From Catenulispora pinisilvae (GTDB lineage Bacteria > Actinomycetota > Actinomycetes > Streptomycetales > Catenulisporaceae), in contig NZ_JAAFZA010000134.1 of the NCBI RefSeq assembly GCF_015356865.1, positions 1-24,000 on the forward strand: a DNA stretch of 24,000 nt, in the 5' to 3' direction. The position numbers were made by a program, and so were the translations under genes. Shown one piece after another: positions 16,211 to 23,150 of this stretch. The first letter of the stretch is position 1. The number at the start of each line of letters is the position of its first letter. The notes beneath the pieces were generated by a model. It was not told the DNA's origin and searched no databases. It saw nothing but the letters and a program-made list of their open reading frames with translations.

Positions 16211-16314
16211 TTGGAATCTCGCAGGTGGGGCATCAGGTTTGGGGGTCCAGGTCTGGAGCTTCAGGTCTGGAACTTCAGGTCGCTGCCGGGCGGCATGCGG
16301 GGTTGCTGGGATTG

Positions 16315-16845
16315 CTGGAGTTTGCGGGCGGGGTGCGGTTGGCGTGTGGGTTGAAAGGCGATTTTTACGGCCTTCGGTCATGGTTGTGCCGGTTCGGGGT
16401 TCGGGTCGGCGAGCATGTTCGTCGGCCGCCGGTTTGCGCGTTCACAACCCCGCCGCACCTCAGGCCTCTTCAACTCCGGCAAGTCAGAGCACGAGCACAG
16501 GCAAGATCAACGGCACAGTCAAGGTCAAGGTCAAAAGCCCTGGTGAAGAGCCGGCGCCTCCGGCGGGGGCTCTCGGCTCCCTCGGGGAACTGGCGCGGTT
16601 CCATAGGGTGGTCCGGCTAGTCTCAGCGGCGGCGGTTTGTGGGGTGGTTGCGGTTCGTTCCCCTCGCTCGCGTCGTCAGCCCCAAGGGGTACAGCGCCGA
16701 ACCCCGGGAGTAAAGTCCGCGCGCTGCGGTCAGGCGTGCAGGTGACGGCCGCGTACAGCGCGAACTTGACTCCCGAGAACCGGCACTGTAGGCAAAGCCC
16801 TGCCGACGCGACCGAGGGGAACGAACCGAAAACCGACCGGAGAAG
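16315..16845 (+). repeat. Left arm (531 bp) of a large imperfect inverted repeat; non-coding module
   Basis: It aligns by eye over its whole length to the reverse complement of 17175..17730. The first 90 nt (CTGGAGTTTGCGGGCGGGGTGCGGTTGG...) show 2 mismatches. The arm contains several local hairpins and ends in the 189-nt hairpin at 16646-16834. Confidence 0.85.
16646..16834. other. 189-nt extended imperfect hairpin (foldback core or structured-RNA candidate), copy L
   Basis: The perfect 16-bp basal stem is CGGTTCGTTCCCCTCG (16651-16666) paired with CGAGGGGAACGAACCG (16813-16828). Further pairing follows: TCGCGTCG/CGACGCGA, TACAGCGCCG/CGGCACTGTA and GGGAGT.../...ACTCCC, closing around an apical region at about 16720-16760. 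Confidence 0.7.
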
Positions 16846-17174
16846 TACAAAACCGGTGGTGCGGTACCGGCGACTCGGCGAGTTCGGCCGCCGGTCCAGC
16901 GCGTGGCAGCGCGGCAGTCCCAGAGTGCGCATTCTAGGCTGGCGGGTGCGGTGCGGGTGCGGGCTCGCCTGGCCGCCAAGGCCGATGCTGGCGGATAGCA
17001 AGGTGCGCGCTGGGGGATGTCGGCAGTCGGCGGCAGACTGCTGCGAGCGCAGCCGGTCCGTTGCCGCATACCGCACCCGGGCACGCCGTCGACCAACTGA
17101 CCACCGGCCCGCAGCCAACGCCCTTACCGGCAGCGACACCGCCCAACCCGCGTCTACGGACCCTGTGATTGCTA

Positions 17175-17730
17175 TTCTTCCGGTCGGTTTTCGGTTCGTT
17201 CCCCTCGGTCGCGTCGGCAGGGCTTTGCCTACAGCGCCGGTGGCCGGGAGTCAAGTTCGCGCTATACAAACCGCAGCTTGCAGGCCCGACCGCAAGCGCG
17301 CGGACTTTACTCCCGGACACCGGCGCTGTACCCCTTGGGGCTGACGACGCGACCGAGGGGAACGAACCGCAACCACCTCACAAACCGCCAGCGCAGGGCC
17401 CTGACCCGGCCACCCTATGGAACCGCGCCAGTTCCCCGAGGGAGCCAAGAGCCCCCGCCGGAGGCGCCGGGCTCTTCATCAGGGCTCTTGACCTTGACTG
17501 TGCCGTTGATCTTGTTTGTGATCCGGCTCTTGATCTTGCTGTTGATCTGCCCTTGCTCCAACTTGCCGGAGTCAAAGAGGCCTGAGGTGCGGCGGGGTCT
17601 TGAACGCGCAAACCGGCAGCCGACGAACACACCCGCCGACCCGAACCCCGAACCGGCACAACCATGACCGAAGGCCGTAAAAATCGCCTTTCAACCCACA
17701 CACCAACCGCACCCGGCCCGCAAACTCCAG
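17175..17730 (-). repeat. Right arm (556 bp) of the large imperfect inverted repeat; non-coding module
   Basis: Its reverse complement matches 16315..16845, by eye roughly 85-90% identical. It carries extra sequence (net length difference 25 nt) in the low-GC TTGATCTTG tract plus small indels. It ends at CTCCAG (17725-17730). Confidence 0.85.
17186..17374. other. 189-nt extended imperfect hairpin, copy R
   Basis: It has the same 16-bp basal stem as copy L: CGGTTCGTTCCCCTCG (17192-17207) paired with CGAGGGGAACGAACCG (17354-17369). The interior pairs better than in copy L, for example CCGGTGTCCGGGAGT/ACTCCCGGCCACCGG. Confidence 0.7.
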
Positions 17731-17818
17731 TAAGGGAACCGCGATCACCGCCAGTCGGGCATCACGCCTCCGGCACACGGCCTGAGACCGTGACCGTGAC
17801 CCTGACCCTGACCCCGAC

Positions 17819-18304
17819 CTAGACCTCGGCCTCGGCCTCGGCCTCAACCCCGACCTCAACCTCGGCCACCTGCGGAACAGCGCAAGCACCCTCCGGCGTG
17901 CAGCAGCCATCGGGCATCACAGTATGCCCTTCGAGCTGGGCGTCGGCCAGAACGGTATACACCTCCCACCGCTCCGCCCCCGGTCCGGTTACCCAAACCT
18001 TGTCCTGCACCGCGTAGCAGCAGGTTGTGGCCTCCTCCACCGCGGTCGGCAAGCCCTCGTCGGCCAGGCGCGAAGTGGCCGCGGTGACCTGGGCGGTGTG
18101 CTCGACCTCCACCCCGAGGTGGTCCAGTCGGGTCGGCGCGTTGGCGGTGCCCTCGATCAGCACCAGTTTGAGTGGCGGTTCTGCGATCGCGAAGTTGGCG
18201 TAGCCGGGGCGGCGCTTGGCTGGCTCGGTGTCGAAGAGCTTGCTGTAGAAGGCGATCGAGGCCTCCAGGTCGGTGACGCGTAGGGCGAGTTGGACGCGGG
18301 ACAT
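17819..18304 (-). CDS. arsI: ArsI/CadI-family VOC (glyoxalase-fold) protein; candidate C-As lyase or metal-stress protein
   Basis: AGGAGG precedes the ATG at 18304. MSRVQLALRVTDLEASIAFYSKLF...KPGYANFAIAEPPLKLVLIE...LDHLGVEV...TTCCYAVQDKVWVTGPGAERWEVYTVL matches the ArsI/CadI family, including the vicinal Cys pair in TCCYAxQDKVWV. It is adjacent to and divergent from arsR. The symbol is tentative because ArsI and CadI cannot be told apart by eye. Confidence 0.75.
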   Translation of the reverse strand: MSRVQLALRVTDLEASIAFYSKLFDTEPAKRRPGYANFAIAEPPLKLVLIEGTANAPTRLDHLGVEVEHTAQVTAATSRLADEGLPTAVEEATTCCYAVQDKVWVTGPGAERWEVYTVLADAQLEGHTVMPDGCCTPEGACAVPQVAEVEVGVEAEAEAEV

Positions 18305-18322
18305 GGTGGGCCTCCTGGCTGG

Positions 18323-18387
18323 ATAGACGAGTGTCTATGCAGTCAAGGTTGCCTCTTGTATCGATGGCTGTCAACATAGACGTATGT
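18323..18387. promoter_or_regulatory. arsI-arsR divergent control region with two ATAGAC-containing inverted repeats (candidate ArsR operators)
   Basis: The sites are ATAGAC-gagt-GTCTAT (18323-18338) and ACATA-gacg-TATGT (18374-18387, overlapping the arsR ATG). The intergenic region is 79 bp and its GC content is below the window average. Confidence 0.4.
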
Positions 18388-18776
18388 CGAAGAAGGAGTT
18401 GCCGGTTCTCCAGCCTGCGCAGAGCGTTCCGGGCCTGCCCGGCGTGCTGTGCTGCACTCCGCTGGCCCGCGAACCGCTCGGCGAGGCGGATGCGACGGAC
18501 CTGGCGAAGGTCTTCAAGGCGCTGGCCGATCCGGTACGGCTCCGCCTGTTCTCGCTGATCGCCTCGTTCGAGGGCGGCCAGGCCTGCGTCTGCGATCTGA
18601 CCGGGGAGTTCGACGTGTCGCAGCCGACCATCTCGCACCATCTCAAGGTGCTGCGGGACGCCGGGCTCGTGGGCTCCGAGCGGCGCGGGACGTGGGTCTA
18701 TTACTGGGTGTTGCCGCGGACGTTGGGGCGGTTGTCCGGGTTGCTGGCACCGGCCGAGACCGGGGCTTTGGTGTGA
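18384..18776 (+). CDS. arsR: ArsR/SmtB family metalloregulator
   Basis: DLAKVFKALADPVRLRLFSLIASFEGGQACVCDLTGEFDVSQPTISHHLKVLRDAGLV contains the CVC metalloid-binding motif and the ArsR wHTH. The context is arsenic-related. Confidence 0.85.
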   Translation: MSKKELPVLQPAQSVPGLPGVLCCTPLAREPLGEADATDLAKVFKALADPVRLRLFSLIASFEGGQACVCDLTGEFDVSQPTISHHLKVLRDAGLVGSERRGTWVYYWVLPRTLGRLSGLLAPAETGALV

Positions 18777-18789
18777 GGAGGCCGGGGAT

Positions 18790-19214
18790 TTGGCGTGGGA
18801 GGGTGAGCGCCGCATGACCGGCAGGCCCAGCGTCCTGTTCGTCTGCGTCCACAACGCCGGGCGCTCGCAGATGGCTGCCGGCTTCCTCACGCACCTCGCG
18901 GGCGACCGCGTCGCGGTGCGCTCGGCGGGGTCGGCGCCGGCGGGCAGTGTGAATCCGGCGGTCGTGGCGGCGATGGCCGAGGTCGGGATCGATCTGCGGG
19001 CGGAGACGCCGAAGGTGCTGACCGATGAGGCGGCGCTCGCCTCCGACGTCATCGTGACCATGGGCTGCGGTGACGCGTGCCCGGTCTACCCGGGCAAGCG
19101 GTATCTGGACTGGGAGCTGCCGGGCAGGGCGTTGCGGCGGTGCGGCCGATTCGCGATGACATCGAGCGGCGGGTGCGGGGGCTCATCAGCGAACTGCTCG
19201 GGCCGGTCGGATAG
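18790..19214 (+). pseudogene. arsC: LMW-PTP-type arsenate reductase, frameshifted near codon 110 (pseudogene or sequencing error)
   Basis: The N-terminal two thirds are intact: RPSVLFVCVHNAGRSQMAAGF...VIVTMGCGDACPVYPGKRYLDWEL. After 19122 the track frame turns to Arg/Ser/Gly junk (PGRALRRCGRFAMTSSGG...). The frame entered at 19125 reads QGVAAVRPIRDDIERRVRGLISELLGPVG-stop (TAG 19212-19214), which is the expected ArsC C-terminus. The start is the TTG at 18790 (GAGGAGG 8 nt upstream) or the ATG at 18814. Confidence 0.65.
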
Positions 19215-19309
19215 AGATAGCTCGGGCCGGTCGGATAGCTCGGGGCGGCGGACACGGCTCGGCCCGCAAGCGATAGCGCTTTAGTCCCCGCCACCGCCTT
19301 CGGCCTGGC

Positions 19310-19461
19310 GTGACGGGATCGACACAACATCTGCACTTCCCAGATCGCGATCCCGGAGTACCGTCGTCACAACAGCGGTCCGCGTCTCCTCCGAGCGCGG
19401 CGCCGACCCTCAGACTTGGATCGTCCGGCACGTTCCTGCCGGTCAGAAGGGGAAGGTTGAC
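19310..19461 (+). promoter_or_regulatory. Structured 5' leader upstream of the msiK-like gene (possible msiK RNA motif; unverified)
   Basis: There are three hairpins. The first is GTGAC/GGGATCG...CGATCCC/GTCAC (19310-19370). The second is CCGCG-N11-CGCGG (19380-19400). The third is CCGGCA-cgttcc-TGCCGG (19425-19442), followed within a few nt by the AGAAGGGGAAGG Shine-Dalgarno region. Rfam describes a conserved actinobacterial motif in msiK leaders, but I cannot match its consensus from memory. Confidence 0.3.
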
Positions 19462-20562
<1,101 letters not shown>

Positions 20563-20579
20563 TCTGCTGAACGCGGACC

Positions 20580-20613
20580 ACGAAAGCCGGGCGGGCCACC
20601 GCCCGGCTTTCGT
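20580..20613. terminator. Strong stem-loop between convergent genes (intrinsic terminator, possibly bidirectional)
   Basis: ACGAAAGCCGGGCGG-gcca-CCGCCCGGCTTTCGT is a perfect 15-bp stem with a 4-nt loop. It lies 18 nt after the msiK stop and is followed by GTTGT. Confidence 0.7.
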
Positions 20614-20710
20614 GTTGTCAGCCGGGACGCTCGGGCTGACGTTTCCCTCCGCAGGGTCAAGGGGGCAAGAGGTCGGCAAGGGGTCAACTGGTCAAGGGGT
20701 CGGCAAGGGG

Positions 20711-21100
20711 TCACACAGCGGCGACGGCCTTCCAGTCGACCAGCTGCACGATCACCCCGTTGGGATCGCGCACCTGAAAAGCCCGCTCGCCCCACTCCTC
20801 TGAGGTGAGCGGCATGGTGATGGCGACGCCTTCGTTCCGCAGCCGGGCCAGCTCGCCCTCCAGGTCGTCGACCGTGAAGGCGAGGATGAGGCCGTCGGCG
20901 TGGTCGTCGCGCTGGTCGGCCGGCAGCGTCGGCAGGCCGGTGCGCAGGTAGACGACGTGCATGCCGACGTCGTCGCGGGTCAGGGAGGCGAAGCCGTCGG
21001 CGGCCGTCTCCTCGCGGAAGCCGAAGTGGTCGATGAGGAATCGGGTGGAGGCGGGGACGTCGGCGACGTTCAGGGACACGGCGCTCGCGGTGACGCGCAT
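20711..21100 (-). CDS. VOC family protein (glyoxalase/bleomycin-resistance/dioxygenase fold)
   Basis: The ATG at 21100 follows a perfect GGAGGAG. The product reads MRVTASAVSLNVADVPASTRFLIDHFGFRE...ERAFQVRDPNGVIVQLVDW. The track ORF start at 21130 lacks a ribosome-binding site. Confidence 0.8.
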   Translation of the reverse strand: MRVTASAVSLNVADVPASTRFLIDHFGFREETAADGFASLTRDDVGMHVVYLRTGLPTLPADQRDDHADGLILAFTVDDLEGELARLRNEGVAITMPLTSEEWGERAFQVRDPNGVIVQLVDWKAVAAV

Positions 21101-21133
21101 GGCTCCTCCAGGATGTTGCCGGGCTGACACTTA

Positions 21134-21166
21134 ATACTGTGCGGCGTACAGTGTACAAGGTACAAC
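21134..21166. promoter_or_regulatory. Low-GC divergent control region with phased GTACA repeats (candidate TetR operator)
   Basis: GTACA occurs at 21146, 21153 and 21160 with 7-nt phasing and includes the palindromic TGTACA. An ACTGT-N7-ACAGT inverted repeat lies at 21136-21152. The region sits between the VOC start (21100) and the TetR start (21191). Confidence 0.35.
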
Positions 21167-21190
21167 TCGCGATGCGGGAGGATTGTTCCC

Positions 21191-21979
21191 GTGCCGACGG
21201 AACGAACCAGCGCCGGTGACCCGGCCCAGACCTTGCGGCTGCTCTGGCGCGCCGCCGAGGACCCCGCCACTCCGCCCGCCCCGCGCCGCGGACCACGGCG
21301 GGCGCTCAGCGTGGACGCGGTGCTCGCCGCCGCGACCGCGCTCGCCGACGCCGAGGGGCTGGAGGCGGTGACGATACGGCGGGTCGCGCAGGAACTCGGC
21401 GTGGTGCCGATGTCGCTGTACACGTACGTGCCGGGCAAGGCCGAGTTGTTGGACCTGATGATGGACGCCGCGTACGACGCGATGCCGCGCCCCGACACCG
21501 CCGGCGAGCCGTGGCGCGCGCGAGTGAAGGCGATCGCGGAAGAGAACCGCGCCTTGTTCGAGGTGCATCCGTGGGCGGCGGAGGTCTCGACCGCACGGCC
21601 GCCGCTGGGCCCGGGGCTGATGGCCAAGTACGAACACGAACTCACCGCGTTCGAGGACACCGGGCTCGGCGACGTGGAGACGGACGACTGCCTGACGCAC
21701 CTGCTCGGATTCGTGCAGGGCTGGGCCCGCAGCGCCGCGGACACGCGCGCCGCGCAGGCCGAGAGTGCGATGAGCGACCGGCAGTGGTGGCAGGCGAACG
21801 CGCCGTTGCTGGAGAAGGTGTTCGACGCCGAGAAGTACCCGAACGCGGTGCGCGTGGGATCGGCGGCCGGAGAGGCGCATGGCGCGGCTTATGACGCGGA
21901 CCATGCGTACGAGTTCGGGCTGGAGCGGGTGCTGGATTCTTTCGAGGCGCTGATCGCGGGGCGGCGGCGGACCCGCTAA
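21191..21979 (+). CDS. TetR family transcriptional regulator (TetR_C-type ligand domain)
   Basis: The GTG follows GGGAGGA. LSVDAVLAAATALADAEGLEAVTIRRVAQELGVVPMSLYTYVPGKAELLDLM is a TetR HTH. The gene is divergent from the VOC gene. Confidence 0.85.
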   Translation: MPTERTSAGDPAQTLRLLWRAAEDPATPPAPRRGPRRALSVDAVLAAATALADAEGLEAVTIRRVAQELGVVPMSLYTYVPGKAELLDLMMDAAYDAMPRPDTAGEPWRARVKAIAEENRALFEVHPWAAEVSTARPPLGPGLMAKYEHELTAFEDTGLGDVETDDCLTHLLGFVQGWARSAADTRAAQAESAMSDRQWWQANAPLLEKVFDAEKYPNAVRVGSAAGEAHGAAYDADHAYEFGLERVLDSFEALIAGRRRTR

Positions 21980-22028
21980 AACAGGGCCGCCGCCGCAGAG
22001 CCTTCAGTCGCTGTCAGTCGCAGAACTG

Positions 22029-22958
22029 TCAGTCACCGGAAGCCAGCAACTCCAGGTCCTCCGAGGTCAGCCGGATCGCGCCGGCGGCGATGTTCGCCTC
22101 CAGGTGGGCCAGGTCGCCGGTGCCGGGGATGGCGAGGACGTGCGAGCCCTGCGACAGGGTCCAGGCCAGGCGGATCTGCTGCGAGGTGACGCCGTGGGCT
22201 TCGGCGACCTTGAGGACGCGGGCATCTTCGGAGACCTCCTCGGGCGCCGGGGCACCGGAGCGGGCGCCGGCGATGGCGAAGAAGGGCACGAACGCGATCC
22301 CGAGTTCCCCGCAGGCCTTCATGACGTCGATCGATTCGGTGTCGTCGAGCCCGAACTTGTTCTCCACGGACACCACCGGCGCGATCTCGCGCGCCTCGGC
22401 GAGCTGCGCGGTGGAGATGCCGGACACCCCGAGGTCGCGGATCAGCCCTTCCTCGCGGAGGTCGGCCAGCGCGCCGAAGTGCTCGGCGATCGATTCGTAC
22501 CGCATGTTCCGCAGGTAGACCAGGTCCAGGTGGTCGCGGCCGAGTTCGCGCAGGTTCTGCTCGACGTCGCCGCGCAGGTCCGCCGGCGTCGCCGCCGCCT
22601 CCCAGCCGCCGGCCCGGTCCCGGCGCGGGCCGACCTTGGTGGCGACCAGGACGTGGTCGGCGTCGGCACCGAGCGGGGACAGCGCGGCGTTGATGATCTC
22701 GTTCGCCGAGCGCAGGGCGGAGAAGTAGAACGCCGCGGTGTCGATGTGGTTCACGCCGAGCTCGACGGCGCGGCGGACGACGGCGATCGACGTGGCGCGG
22801 TCGCGGGGTGTGCCGTTGTGGAAGGCACCGGTGCCGGTGACGCGCATGGCGCCGAAACCGAGGCGGTTCACGGTGCGGTCGCCGAGCTGCCAGGTTCCGG
22901 CGGCGGCGGCGTTCGGAGTGTCGGACGGGTTCGCGGAGGCGTGCTGAGCGGAAGTCAC
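22029..22958 (-). CDS. Aldo/keto reductase
   Basis: An in-frame GTG at 22958 is preceded by GGAG 5 nt upstream. VNRLGFGAMRVTG, HIDTAAFY, LDLVYLRN, IRDLGVSG and VSVENKF are AKR blocks. The upstream part of the track ORF (to 23126) has no ribosome-binding site and is not protein-like. Confidence 0.85.
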   Translation of the reverse strand: MTSAQHASANPSDTPNAAAAGTWQLGDRTVNRLGFGAMRVTGTGAFHNGTPRDRATSIAVVRRAVELGVNHIDTAAFYFSALRSANEIINAALSPLGADADHVLVATKVGPRRDRAGGWEAAATPADLRGDVEQNLRELGRDHLDLVYLRNMRYESIAEHFGALADLREEGLIRDLGVSGISTAQLAEAREIAPVVSVENKFGLDDTESIDVMKACGELGIAFVPFFAIAGARSGAPAPEEVSEDARVLKVAEAHGVTSQQIRLAWTLSQGSHVLAIPGTGDLAHLEANIAAGAIRLTSEDLELLASGD

Positions 22959-23150
22959 AGTGACTCCTATCAGATCGCGGCGGTGCGGGTAAAGATCTTG
23001 GGCGTCTGAGCGCTTCCAGGCGCTTGTGAGGGCGGCCAGAATCTGAGCCGATATCGGCCATAAGGAATGCCTGTGGCCACTACGGAAGTACGGGACGGCG
23101 CCCGCGGTTCGACGAAGCGTCACCAATGGACTTCAGGAAAGGCAACTCCC

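Noticed and set aside
16651-17369. CRISPR-like, tRNA-like or 6S-RNA-like reading of the GGGGAACGAACC / GGTTCGTTCCCC motif and the 189-nt hairpins
   Set aside because: The four motif copies alternate in orientation as the two halves of two hairpin stems. There is no regular spacing, no spacers and no cas genes, so it is not a CRISPR array. GGTTCGTTCCCC lacks the rest of a tRNA cloverleaf. The length resembles 6S RNA, but two diverged inverted copies embedded in a larger repeat, with no identifiable central-bubble architecture, do not support that.
16168-17910. ORFs inside the palindromic region (16168..16620 +, 16239..16745 +, 16637..17344 +, 16531..17139 -, 17378..17701 -, 17572..17910 - and others)
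   Set aside because: The mirrored ORFs exist only because the DNA is an inverted repeat. Every difference I can see between the two copies is nonsynonymous (G/R, A/V, EH/GC, P/L, T/K) or a frame-breaking indel. Third-position GC is well below that of real genes here, and the translations are Arg/Ser/Pro-rich. Treated as non-coding.
17856-19061. 401-aa minus-strand ORF spanning arsI, arsR and arsC
   Set aside because: It runs off-frame through arsI and antisense through arsR and arsC. Its composition is Arg/Pro/Gly-rich, and the three individually recognisable ars genes explain the region.
22033-23061. 342-aa minus and 301-aa plus ORFs overlapping the second aldo/keto reductase; also 23126..23938 + and 23133..23930 - overlapping the SDR
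   Set aside because: They are alternative frames of well-supported genes with extreme Arg/Gly/Pro content.
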